64,000 bases of DNA from Vicugna vicugna (Eukaryota). The position numbers were made by a program, and so were the translations under genes. Below the pieces are notes generated by a model. It had not been told where the DNA came from and ran no database searches. It saw only the letters and a program-made list of their open reading frames with translations. The stretch's first letter is position 1; the number at the start of each line of letters is the position of its first letter. Positions 24,430 to 37,330 of this stretch are shown in pieces. Location of the stretch: NCBI GenBank assembly GCA_013265495.1, contig MU058687.1, positions 1,488,001 to 1,552,000 on the forward strand, in the 5' to 3' direction.

Positions 24430-25620
24430 CTAGACCCCTGTGTTACAACATGTACAAAAATTATCTCAAAATGGATCGAAGACCTAATTTAAGAGCTAAA
24501 ATCACAAAACTCTTAGAAGAAAACAGCCACAAATCTTTGTGACCTTGGATTAGATAATGATACCGAAAACACAAGCAACAAAAAAATAGATAAACTGGGC
24601 ATCATTAAATGAACAACTTTTGTGTTTCAAAGGCCAAAGTGTGAAAAGATAATCCACAGAATGAGAATTTTTGCAAATTCTACATCTGATAAAGGACTTG
24701 TATCTAGAATATATAAAGAACTATTACAACTCTAATAAAAAGACAAACAGCCCAATTCAAAAATGAGTGAAATATCTCAATGCACATTTCTCCAAAGGAG
24801 ATATATGAATGGCTAATAAGCACACGAAAAGATGCTTAACACCATTTGCCATCAAAGACACGTAAATCAAAACCACAATGAGATATCACTTCACTCCCAC
24901 TAGGATAACTATCATAAAAAGAACAGATAGTAACAAGTAAGGGTACAGAGAAGTTGTAATCCTCATACACCGCTGGTGGGAATGTAAAATGGTGCAGGCA
25001 CTTTAGAAAACAGTCTGATATTTCCCCAAAAGGCTAAACATAGTGTTACCATATGACCCAGCAGTTCCACTCCTAGGTATATGATCAAGAGAAATGAAAA
25101 CATATGTCCACACAGAAACTTGTACAGGCATGTTTGTAATATCTCAAAAGTGGAAACATCCCAAATGTCCATTATTTGATAAATGGATAAATAAAATATG
25201 ATAGATCCATACAGTGGAATATTATTTGGCCATAAAAAGGACTAAAGTACTGCTATATGCTACAGCATGGATCAACCTTAAAAACATTATGTTAAGTGAA
25301 AGAAGCCAGTCACAAAAGACCACATATTGTATGATTCCATTGATATGAGATGTCCAGAGCAGGCAAAGCCATCGAGACAGAAAAGAGAAGCAATTCCCTG
25401 GTGCCTAGGGCTGGGGGATATGGGAGAATTTGGGGGTGATGGCTAAAGGGTATGGGGTTTCTTTTGGGGGTGATGAAAATGCTCTAAAATTGATTGTGGT
25501 GATAGTGATTGTAGGTGATAGATGAACAACTTTTGAATAAAGAACGGCTGTTGAATTGTACACTTTAAGTGGATGAATTATATGGTATCTGTAAATTTTA
25601 TCTTAATAAAGCTGCTGTAA
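24430..25620 (+). mobile_element. L1MB-like LINE-1 fragment (degenerate ORF2 3' part plus 3' UTR) in intron 2
   Basis: aaaattatctcaaaatggatc; caaaaccacaatgagatatcac; ccatatgacccagcagttccactcctaggtat; ends tcttaataaagctg. Confidence 0.9.
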
Positions 25621-26774
25621 AAATGGGGAAGAATGATATATACCTCACCCAGGTACAGGGAGGATTCAAAGGGATAATGTATGTAAATCACCCAGCGTTT
25701 ATCAGTGCTCAGAATTAGTAGCTATGGGGATTAAACCCCCCTTTTCAGCCACCAGCAGTCAAAATGCCAGAATCTGGTTAGGGCTACTTTCTCCTCTTTC
25801 TCTTTTGTTACTAGTGGCCATCCAGAAGCAGTGGGAGCAGTCTGGCTGAGTTTTGTATGGAACTCAGGCAGAAATATGGAGTAATCCTGGCTACTTATTA
25901 GAGTCCCCTGGAGAGTGTTTAAAAAATACTGACTGACGTGCCGCCCAGAGATTCTGGTTCAGTTGGTCTGGGTGGGGCCGGCAGGTGGTTCTAATCTGTG
26001 GCCATTGGTTGAACTCTGTGGTGCAGGGTAAACCGGCCCAGGTCTTTGAAGGAGTGAGGTCATTTGCGTTTAAGGTGGAAGGATCACATGAGCAGAGCTC
26101 TTTATGGTTTGCATATTGCTTTTCTGGAGATTGTCTCCTTTGATCTGTTCAAAAAAACTTTGTGAGGTACGTGTTTTTAGTACCATTAGTTGTTAGCGAG
26201 CCGCAGCTCAGAGAGATTAAGTAACTAGCCAAGGTCCTGTTTTTAAAGCATAATTTTATCTAATCTGTTTTTTCAAAAAAGCAAAAACCACACACATGCT
26301 CATACCTATTAGTTATCAAATCGAACACCTTGGAGAGCACTGCCAAGGTGACTTCTGGTGCCACGTTAATCTGTTTTGCATAGACTTCAGAGCAAAGCCC
26401 TTTCAGCTATTTCTCTTTAACTGATGAGCATTCTGAGAGTGCAAGGCAAGTTGAAAGAACATTATTTACATATATGTGTGTATGTGGATATATGTACACG
26501 CATACATGCACAGGTACACCATTTGTAACAACTGCTGATCTGTGTGTGCAAGGAGAACGTAAGAGGAATCATTTGGATCCTGAAACTGTCAGAAACCCGT
26601 GACTGTCCCCCATGACCTCTGAGTTAAAGGTTTTGCATCCACCACAACACACCTTAATGTTCTCATTGAATGACTATAGTAAGTATATGATACAATTTGA
26701 GCCTCTTGAATCTATTTATTGTGTTGTGGAATTATTTGAACTAGAGACTTTTACAGCTGAAACCAATCTGAACT

Positions 26775-26965
26775 CAACTGGTTTACATCAGCGCTACTCA
26801 AAAGTCGGGTGTGCAGGCCAGGGGCGCCAGTATCTGGGAAACACAGATCCTGGGGTCTCACCCTAAACCTACTGAAGCGAACTCTCTGGAGGGTGGAGAT
26901 CCCAAATCTGTGATGTAATAAGCCCCCCCAGTGGGTTCTGATGCTCTCTGAATGTTTAGAAGACG
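26775..26965. mobile_element. MER5-like DNA transposon remnant
   Basis: cagatcctggggtctcaccctaaacctactgaagcgaactctctggagggtgg. Confidence 0.55.
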
Positions 26966-29269
26966 TGAACGTCCCTTCCAGCTCTGGCTGGCAGTGATGC
27001 TGTCTCAGAATGGCTACAAGTGTCTAAAGCCACATTTTTCTCCAAACCTATCTCAAGTTTCCTGGAGAGACCTGCACACCAACAGATATTCATTAATGTG
27101 TGTGGTACCTGAATCTGTGTCAGGCAGGGTTGCTCTCTGAGTCAGCAAACGCTTTAGTATTTCCAAACCACTTACTTCCAGGTCTTGAGATGCTCCCGCT
27201 GCCAGCATTCACACCCTTAGGGACTTCCCAATTAATTAAGCTGCTGAGCTTGTCAATAGGCCGGCTCCTTTGTTTTTGAAGCGAGAAATCAGATAAACTG
27301 TTCTGATGCCAAAGGAGCCCTCATTTGCTGTATCGGGCCTGGAGTTCAGCAGCTCTGGTCTGAAAACTGGGGCAGGGGGAGCTCTCCGCACCCCCTCATC
27401 TGTCTGGGTGCTGCGAAGCCCCTCCTTCCCTCCTCTCTGAACTTTGACAGCATCTATTTCATTACGTAAATTATGGTGAAATCACCTTTCCATCCTCCAG
27501 GCCAGGCATCCCTGGTTGTGAGTTCCTTTGACCATGTCATCTGGGCAGGATTTTTATTAGCTGGCAGAACGAAGTAGAGGTCGTTGTTCTGCTTGGTGAT
27601 TTGTCTGTTATCTGTGCCTTGTGCCTGAAAGAAATTGGCTGAAATCTGTATTTTAGCTGCACATCCTGCATACAGATTAAACGGAACTGCGTTGGTGGGG
27701 AATAATTAAGCCAAGGACCTTGTTTTTCACCTTGAGGGTGAAAGACAAATGACTTCCAAGGCTTTAACAGGAGGATGGCACTTGAAATGTTCTTCTACTT
27801 TGGCCAACTTGGGACTTGCAGAATAGCCTTGTTCATGAATATTCTTTGCAACAACTGCATTTTCATTTAATTGTAGACAGTCATTTTGCAGGAGCCCTTG
27901 TCTCTGTCCAACCCCTCCCTGACCCCTGGGTGACATCAGGCATAGCACAATGCTTGTTATTGCTGCTGTTAAATATCCAGTTTCAAGTGTGTGATTTACT
28001 CTTTTGGAGAAGAAAATGCATTTTTCCCTGCCAGATATATTCTGTTTCCTACCAGTCTTTTGGGGGTGGGGAGAATCTTGTGGGGACCACTCTTTCTCTC
28101 CTTTTCTCATCTTTTGAAACAAATGTCAATTGGGCAAAGAAAATTGATTGACTGTCTAGTGGGAAACCAAATCTCCCTAAACCATAAATATGAAACGGGC
28201 CTGAAATAGACATATTTCCACACACAAAAGAGCCATCATTCTTCAAATAGCTCTTGTCCGCAAAAGGATTTCCCGGCAAGTATTGTCCCTTTTCTCTTCA
28301 ATGTTAGGTTTCTGCCCAAACCAAGGTGATTTTTGCTCTGCCTCCTGGCCTCGCCCTCACTTCTGCAGTAACAGTGTTTGCTCTTCCCTCGGCAGGGCCG
28401 TCCACAGGTGGGTGCCACCCTGCCCAGCCGGCTTTTTCAGGCTTAGTTCCAAACACAGCGATGCCTTTTCTGAGCAGTGGGAACTGCTGTTCTCCACCAC
28501 TTTCTGAGAGAATGGCCCTTTCGTACTCTGTAAATGTAAACCAGCCCCAGGCTTCAGAGGCCTATTATTTTATGGGCTCTCTTAACACAGGAGGAGATTT
28601 TTACTGAGAATGGTTTGGTGGGAAGGAGTAGGGGGGCCAAGGTCAAGGAGACGCTTCCTCTTGCTGAGATGTGATGAGTCAGGGAAGTTAGTTTGGATGG
28701 ATCCCCCATAGCTCTGATGCTCAACAGTGAAAGTGGAGGTGGGCTTTTAGCTCATGAAGAAGGGGCTCCCTGCTTCCTTCCAGAAGGCAGTGGTGGTCTG
28801 GTTGGTCTCACCGCTGTCTGACTCAGAGACCTGGGTGGACTCATTCCTCTTCCCTGAACTTGAGTTCCCAGGCCTGCGGAAGCATTAGGGATCAAGGATC
28901 TCTAGGTCTTCTTAGGTCCAGAACCTCAGGATGGAGCTTGGTTTATAGCCCTGCTGCTCCCCACCGTTCCCCGCAGATGCCAAGTGCACTGAGCCATCGC
29001 TTCTCCTGCTGCGTGCGCGCCCAGCCAGGAGAGCGGAGTGAATCGTCTTGGCAGGTGGAGCCATGGCCTCTGCCAGCTCTTGTTCAGAGCCTTCACCTGG
29101 TAGTTGGCTGGGCTGGTGCTTTGAGTGAACACGGCATCCAGTGTGTGGGTTTGTTCATAGGTGGATGTGTTGGATCACAGCTGGCACTGGGGGAGCTGGA
29201 AAGGGCACTGGACGGGGAGTCAGGAGTCCTGGGTTCTTGTCCAGGTCACCAGCTCTGTGGGTCAGGCCT

Positions 29270-30300
29270 CCCTTTAACAAACATTGATTGAGTCCTGCTA
29301 TCAAGCCCTAAACTCTGCAAGGTGCTGGGCACACAAAAAGTCAACAAGACACGGACTTTGCCCTCATGGAACTCTCGGTTAAGTGGAGGGCAGAAGCTGA
29401 GCACGGCTGGGGCCAGAATCAACTCAAAGTTCTATGGGAGCCCAGAGCAGAGGGACACCTCCCCAGCTTGGAGGGGATGAGAACAGGGAGGACTTCTGTA
29501 TGAGGTGATGCTTGAGATGAATGTACAGCATGAGAGCAAGCCAAGGGGACAGCAGAGACAAAGGCATGAGGCCAGGGAAGTGTGAGGGCTAATAGAGGCT
29601 CAGTGTTGCAGGAACATGGTGTGAAGGGTAGAGACAGATGCGAGGTGAGGCCAGAGCAGGTGGGGACAAGTCACAGGGAGCCTTGCTGGATACATTAAGG
29701 AGCTTGGGCTTTATCCTAAGGATAGTGAGGAAACCCCTAAAGGCCAATGACTGCATCACATTTGCATCTTAGAAAATTCCCTCCAGTGTCTGGGATGGAA
29801 GATGGTCACACAGGGTCAGGAGGGAGGTGGTGTAGGAGAGAGAGACAGACAGAGACAGAAAAAGACAGAGACGGAGAGAAGAGGACAGCCTGGAAAGTGG
29901 TAGTGGGGATGGAGAGCAGGGAGCAAATCCGAGGAAGATTTAGAATGTAGAATTGGATGACTTGTCTGGTCAAAATTGGAGAAAAGGAGCGGGTCAGGTG
30001 GAGGGCGCGGCCTGAGTGTCTCCCTGCAGTGCATGGGTGGGAGGTGGTGCCCACTGGGGTGGAGATGAGAGAGGAAGTCACCAATTGAAGATAAAGACTT
30101 TGAGGGGCTGCAGGACATCTGGAAGGAACGTCCAGAGGGCAGCTGGAAGTTTCGGTCTGAAAATGAAGATTTGGTTGGCATTAGAGTATAGGCGGTAGTT
30201 GAAACCACACGAGTCGGTGAAAACGATAATCTGTAGGTGGTGCGTATAGAGGGTCCTGGGCAAGAGCCAGAAGAGGAGAGGTCAGAGAAGTAGGCCAGAC
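29270..30300 (-). mobile_element. L2 LINE fragments
   Basis: ttaacaaacattgattgagtcctgcta...gccctcatggaact and later purine-rich L2-like segments. Confidence 0.65.
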
Positions 30301-30994
30301 AAGGTCATGTTGAGCATCCAGGGTAGAGAGGATTCCAGAAAGAGAGGGCGATGCACAGTCAGGTGGTGCCAGGAGGCCTGGGGACTAATCCAGCAGTCTC
30401 CTTTGGACTTGTCTGTGAGGACCCAGGCCCTGCCCGCAAGTGTGAGCCTTGGAGCAAGCGTTTCCTTCCCTGGGCTTCAGTTTCTTCATCTGGAAATCTA
30501 GGGGTGGGCCTCGGTGTTGCCAAGAGACTCCTTTCTGGCTCTTAGAGGCTGCGAAGTGACTATTTCTGAAACTTGTTAAAAGCGGGAGATGTCCTTCCCA
30601 CATCGCCTGCCCTTTCCCCTCAGTACAGCCAACACTGACCCTGAGGGTTGGATGAACAAAAACCCAGGGAAGTCAGAGCTGGATGGGGATTTGGGGCGAT
30701 CTTGGTCCAGCCCAGCTGGAAGGCAGCATGATGTACGGGAGTCGAGTTGTCGTCTTTTCCTAGCTTGGTGGCCTCGGGCAGACACTTCATCTTGCTTCCT
30801 CACCTGTAAAAGGAGCCCCCAGCACCCACCTGCAGAGGTGATTGAGGGTTAGGGGAAGTGGGAGCCATCGGATTTATTAAAGGAGAACCGCAGGACGGGG
30901 AGATGGGCTGATTGGCCCCAGGTCACGGAGCAGGGCAGCGCCGTGACTGGAACTGGGTGTCTGGTGACCAACCCCGCCGGGTCTGTTGCCTGCC

Positions 30995-31190
30995 AGGGCC
31001 ATAAATTAGCAGCCCACGGCCGCGGCAGCCCACAGATGTGTTTTGTTTGGCTTACACAGAGTTCTTTTCAAAATGGCATTTGTTGCCAACATTAAAAATG
31101 GGGAGATTTCACCTCCAAACTCTTATTTTCAGCTAGTCTTGAAAACTTGGAAGATTTGGCCCCACTGAGCCCACCCTGCCCTGGAGCTAG
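30995..31190 (-). mobile_element. MER102-like hAT remnant (similar copy at about 18460-18600)
   Basis: cagatgtgttttgtttggc...gagatttcac...tcttgaaaacttggaagatttggc. Confidence 0.55.
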
Positions 31191-34100
31191 TTGAGATGTC
31201 CCCTCTAGGGGCTGCAACTCCATCCTTCCCTCCTCCCTCACTAAGAGTTATTTGCTTGGCCCCTGGGGGTGACTTGAGTTTGCAACTCCAGCCCTTCGAC
31301 TGACCATTTGTCTTGAATTTTCTCTTAGAGCCCTGCCCACTGTTCACTGAAACTGTCCAATATTTCATAGCTGAGGTCCAGACCTTGGCCATTTGGAGTG
31401 AGAGGGCCTGGGTAGAGAAGGTGGGAGGGAGAGGAAGGCGGAGTCTCCAACAGCTCAGCCCCGAGGGGAGGTGCTGGGAGGGGTGCCTGGCCCCTGCGGG
31501 CAGCAGAGGGTCAGCCAAGGTGTTGGATGAGGGCCCCTGGGGTTGCCTCATTCCTCCCTGAAGGGGTGGGAGGAGGCAGAGGGGACCGTGGGCCCAGGCC
31601 GCCAGCCGGCTGAGGTCTTGCCCCTGCCTGGCCTACTTTGCTGATGCTTGAGGGGTAGGGTGGTGGGGGCAGGGTAGTGGGGAGGGACCACAGCCCCTGG
31701 CTCAGAGCTGCCCTGTTTATGTGGGAGAATGTCTGGTATGTTTGGTATCTGGGTGTTTACTTCCCAGGGTGCTCGTGGGTCCCTGGTGTTGAAATGTGGC
31801 TCCGCCATGCAGTGGGGAGGGCCCTCAGGGGGCCTGGCCAGGACTTGATTTGGAGGCAACAGGGCAGTTACTCCAGGTCTGCCCACTGACAGCTTGGGAG
31901 CCCTGAAGCAGCCCCACCTGCACCCGCCCCCCCCCCCTCCTCTTATGCCAGATTCTGCCTGTGCGGGAGGCAGGGTGTGCCCCCCGGCAGCAGAGCCTTA
32001 ACCTCCCTGCCTCACCTGGGAAGCTGGCATTTTCAGAACCCTTCCTGTGTCCCCAGCTCTGGGTGGAGACTCCATCCATCCCCATTACAACCCTCTGCAA
32101 TAGGGCCTTGTGCTAGCAGCGAGGGGTGGAGGCTCAGAGAGGCTGAGTAACTTGCCCAGGAGCACACAGTAGAGCTGCTGGGGGGACCCAGGCCTCTTAG
32201 ACCCCAAAGCTCATGCTGACAACCCTGATGCCTTGAGCCTCAGATAAGCCTGTGCCACCATGCTTAGTCTGAGATGAACCTTTCAGACCTTCGCGACTCT
32301 GCTTAGTGCTGAGGGGGTTGGATCTGTTTTGTTTTTTGTTTTCCCCCATATTTCTGCTTGTCACCTGCTTTATTGCTCTTGTCTCTGTTGCTTTGTCCAT
32401 GTGAGAGTTTCTGTATTTGCAGTGCCTGGGGTTAAAAGTGTCATTGCCCTTTCTCATCCTGTCTCTTTGTGGGTCCCCCGAGATGCATGTTTGGAAATGC
32501 TTATGAAATGTCAGAATTCAAAATCACATCTCGGTTATGGTTGCCACCGAGGGAAAGCCACGTGTCTGGCAAACAGGGCCTGAGAAACATGACCAGGGTG
32601 AGGGTGAGGCCCTCTCCTTTAAACCGTGCTGCTTTCATGATACATATTTGGTGTTAAATTGTGCAACAAATATTTTTTATTTAAAATCACCCAGGTAGGA
32701 GAAAAAAATGAAACGGTCATTGCCCTCAGAGTCAGCTGCTTCTGCTGCCGCTTCATAGTCCCATCACCAGGTTGGGACTGAAAGGGGGTCGGGGGGTGGA
32801 ACTTGTTACCCAGACCACCCACCCTTCAAAGAGCAGGAGGCTCTCGGGCCCTGGAGCCAAAAGACCTGGATTTGAAGCTGTCACTGACCTTCTGGGCAGC
32901 CTCAATATCATTAGTTTCCTCATCTGGGAAAGTGGGGAGGATAACAGGACTAGATTGTTTACTGAGACCATTTAACTCCCTGGGACTCCTAGTCGCAGGG
33001 ATTCTATACCTACTGAAGTGACCAACCTCGGTTTGCTCAAGGGCCCTTCCGCCTCCACGCTCTGCCGCTTTCCCAATGGTTCCTTGGGTAGGTTTTCTCC
33101 CCTGGATTTCTGGGACCACCTTCTGCACCACCTGGCATCACCTGACTTCACAAGGCTGGGACCCTGGTGTCCCAGGCATCTTTCAGTGGCAAGAGGCAGA
33201 AACCTTCTCAAACTGCCTCCAGGCCAAAGGAGGAATTTTCAGGATAGATTCAGGGGTGCCCATCGTGGCCCCCAAGGAAACAAAGCAGAGTCAGGCCCCT
33301 CCAGGAGGACCCAGATATTTTCTTTTTTGGTGTATGCTTTCTGTCTGTCCCTCAGTCTGTCTGTACCATCGGCCTCTGGCCATGTCCCTGTGTTTCTGTC
33401 TCTGTGGCTCTGCCTTGTTCCTCTGTCTCTCTCCAGCCACCTCTGTCGCTGTGTTTCCCTGTCTCTGTCTTTACCTTTCTCTGTCCTGAGCCCCCCTGCT
33501 CTCTCGGGGCCTGGACAGAGTGAGGCAAGCAAGAAGCCTAGGGCACGACATTTAAGGAGGCACCCACCCTCAGGTGCTGACCCCACCCTGGCATGAAGCC
33601 CAGAGTGAGCACCTCCCTAAATGTGTGCCCTGGGCACCTCGTTGGCTGCACCCTGTCCAGGCCCTGCTTTTCTTCCTGTCTGTCACCTGTTCCCTCTCTT
33701 TGTCCGGCCCCCTCCTGGAGCTGAGACCCCCTCCCTCTTGCCACATGGTCTCTGGTCTCTGCTCATCCCTACATGTCAGCAGCCCGCTCTCTCTGCTTCT
33801 CTGGCCTCATGGCTGAAACTGGTTGCCCGGCCTGCATGGCCTCCCAGCGCAGCAGTCCAGTTTCAAATTTCCGGGCAGTGAATATGGCCCAGCTTGGGCC
33901 TGCCACTCACACATGGTCCAGTCAGCTGTGGCCAGGGGATGGGATTGCTTTGGCTTCAGTGGGGCCTTGGGAACAGGCTCTCTGAGGAGGTACTGCTCAA
34001 CATGGGGGCTCTGTGGGCTGTGGATCCCCAAGTCTGTCCTGTGATGTGACATGTGGTGCAGGGGCCCCCCTCACTGCCAGACAGCTTTGTCCCGGGGACT

Positions 34101-36229
34101 TCCGGGGAACTGGGGAAAAACAGAGCCAGAACCCAGTTTGAGAACAAGGAATGATCTGCCTGCTGCACCCCCTGCCCCCATCTCACGGTTTTTAAAGGCA
34201 TTGAGGCTCAAGCTGCCTCCTCCTCAAACAGTCTGGATCTTCCAGCTGTATCTGCAGAAGAATCATCGTCTCCCATTCTGGGTTCCGGTTTTTGATGTCT
34301 GAGCCGTGTGTGGTGAAAAATGCTGTCTCTCACCCACTCAGGACCAGATGCTTTAGAGGAGCGGGGGGAACATCAAGGAGAAGGCAGCAGCCTCGACTCC
34401 GGGGATGAAAGGAGGCCTAGGGGAGAGCTGAAGGCGATCTCCAGACAGCTTCAGTCTGGGGGCACAGACACGCAGGTCCCGGCGAAAGGAGCCAGGGTTA
34501 GCCGTTAGGATGGAGAAGGCCAAGGGCACTTTCCAACCCCCACCTTATTTCCTGCAGGACCTCAGCGTCTGTTTTCTGTGTGTCCTCTGGGAGGCTCTTC
34601 AATAGCAGGAGGATTTAGGGGAGATGCAGCACAGCTTCAGAGGGGAAAGTGTGTGATGGGGCTCTGGGGCCATTTCTTGCCTTATTGGGAGATGTTAGCC
34701 AAGGTGGGACGTGGTTGCAGGAAAAGCCCAGAGATGGACTTGGAATCTGGTAGTGCTGTATTACGGGAGGGCTTTTGGCTTAGGTGCACAGCCTGTGTTT
34801 GTTCAGGGCCTGCTTGGGATCCGTGCAGACTTGCCACAGCCATCAGTGGCCTGCGCCGTGAGTCTTGACTCTGTCTTTGGCCGAAGTGCTTCTGCAGAAA
34901 GCAGCCCCCACCCCCTAAGTTTTGCTGGTCTCCTGAAGACAGAGAAGAGTCCATTCTTGGAAGAGAAGCCTCCTTATAAGCACTGGAGAAGAGGTTATGC
35001 GGACGTAAGCGTAGGCAATAAGTCACTTTTATAATGATAGAACCCAAGCCTGTGAAGTTCAAAAAGCAAAAAGCAATTCATTCTCTCCGGGGAGTCAAAG
35101 GAGGCTTTCTGGAGGAGGTGGCATTTGCTCTTGAAGATTGTAAGAGTTTACAAGTGGGAAAGGAAGCTTATTTCAGGAGGGCCAGGCTGGCTGGGAGAAG
35201 GGTGAGATGTGGGAATCGAGGGTGATGGCAGGAGGGGATTGATGTGGCTGCAGAGGGAGGGTGGCAGCCCCCTGTCTGGATGTCACCCTGGCCCAGTTGA
35301 TCTCTTAAATTTCCAGCGCTGAGCCTCTTTGCATCTGCTGTGACAGCAGCTTCCGCTGGCCCCCAACTTTATGTAGGCTGAGGCTCTGCACAGGGCTGGG
35401 GTGGGGAGCTGGGTCTTGGAAGACAGAGGTTGTGTCTCCTAGGAAACGGTGGCTCTGCCAGAGCCTGGGGTTGCTCCGGGGTGAGGGGCTCGAGGCCCTG
35501 TGAGCCCAGCAGGGACCAGGTTGCACACATCACCTTGGCAGTTTGTGGGCAAACCCTCTTGGCCGAGGGGAGATTGCATTGCCAGCCACTTCCTCTAGCT
35601 CTTTTCCTCTGCCTGTTGTCACAGTTACCTCGGCCTTGTTGGGGATGAGGTAGAGGTTGGGTGGAATCAACTTTGTCCGGGTTTCTGTTTCCCTAGATGC
35701 GGGTCAGCCAGAGGAGCTGTCACTTCTGGTTCTGTTTCAAAGGAGGCCAGGGGGCTGGGAGGTGCTTGGGTGTGGCGGTGTTGACAGGGCGCCTCTCCAG
35801 CCAGCCTCCCAGGCCGGGTGGGAGAAGCTCCTAGGTGGTGGAGAAGGAGAGAGGGCTGCCCTGCCAGGGCCCGTGCCGAGGGCCGTGGGTGCTGGTCCCT
35901 GGCCCAGGCCCTCGGTCCTGAGCTCCCAGAGCATGCCGGGAGTGCAGGGAGAGAGGCTGTTGATTTTCCTGGCATGAAGCCCTTTGGGCTGAGACCTCGT
36001 TCCAGGCCTCAGGCTGCCAGAAGCACCCCCACTAGCTCCAGAAGTGAGAGAGTTGGCACGCCCAGGGCAGTCCAACGACTTCTCCAGTGGCCTCGGACTA
36101 TAGGCTGTCCCCAGCCCGGCTGGCTCCGTGTGTCCTCCAGATTCTTCTGGTGGGTAGTGGACAATAAGAGGCATTGCATCAAAGTGACCCTGATGGGCTG
36201 GGGCTATGTGGGCCAGTGGGCAAGAGCAG

Positions 36230-36440
36230 GAAGTTTGAAGACAGAGAAATCTGAGTTGGAATCCTGCCTCTACCGTTTCTTAGCTGTAGGGCCTTGGGCA
36301 AACTGAGCTGTTGAGCCTTAGTCTCACCATCTGTAAAATGGGGCAGTAATACTACCTTCCCCATCCGACATTGATTGTGAGAATCACATGACCTGTGTTT
36401 AAAGCATTGAGCAAAGTGGGCAATAAGCAACAGCGCTGGT
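36230..36440 (+). mobile_element. MIR SINE
   Basis: gagccttagtctcaccatctgtaaaatggggcagtaatactacc. Confidence 0.7.
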
Positions 36441-37225
36441 TGTTATTACTATTAATGAAACAATAATAACTGCAACTTGGAAAGTCCCTGTTGATGGGCA
36501 CTGAGTTTCCTCCTTCCCATTCGATGGGCCCTGTTTCACGCATGGTGAATTTCCTAGTGAGTCTGGGGGAAAAGCGAGCCTGGAGACTCCCGAGGCCTCT
36601 CTACCTGTGTCCTGAGTGGGGCACTTTAGGAAGCCCTGGGATCCTGGGATGCAAGTGGGTATTCTGGGGAAAGAACATGCAGAGGCAGAGAGAAGGATTA
36701 AACCCGGGTGAGGGGGCTGGGGAGACTGTTCCATTACCAGGAGACAGATCAGAGTGTTTGGAAGGAGTAAGAGGGAGGAGGGAGGTACCGCAGGGAGGTG
36801 AAAGAGAGTGGGGGTAGGAGGTGAAATCAACACTTATGCCCAAGGTGTTTTGAAAGGAAGTGCCTGGGAGCTGCTGGCCTGGAAAATAGTGCCCTGAGGG
36901 CTTGGGCTGGGTGAGAGAACAGACCGCCACCACCCGTTGGGTATCACCTCTGTGTGAGGAGGTCGCCAGGCTCCAGGCCTCCTGAACTCTGGCAGAACCC
37001 AGGTAGCTCTGCCCTCCTGGGGCACTGACTCCTCCCAGGGATGCCCACCTGCCCCAAGAGCATCCTTGGACCAGCTGGGAAAGGCCAGCAGGCTGGCAGT
37101 GGGGCTTGCTCACTGCAGGAAGTGGGTTAAGAAGGGGGCTGTCCATCCGTCTGTCTGAGTGTCAGGACAAAAGCTGTCCTCCAGGCTGGCCTCCGTGTCT
37201 CATCAGTGGCTCTTTGCCCTCACAG

Positions 37226-37330
37226 CTAGATGAGGAAGAGGAGCGAAGGAAAAGGCGCCGAGAGAAGAACAAAGTTGCAGCGGCCCGATGCCGGAACAAG
37301 AAGAAGGAGCGAACGGAGTTTCTACAGCGG
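37226..37330 (+). CDS. JDP2: JDP2 coding exon 2 (aa 68-102, LDEEEERRKRRREKNKVAAARCRNKKKERTEFLQR), bZIP basic region
   Basis: NxxAAxxCR basic motif; acceptor tctttgccctcacag|C; donor CGG|gtgagc; 105 nt, phase 0. Confidence 0.98.
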
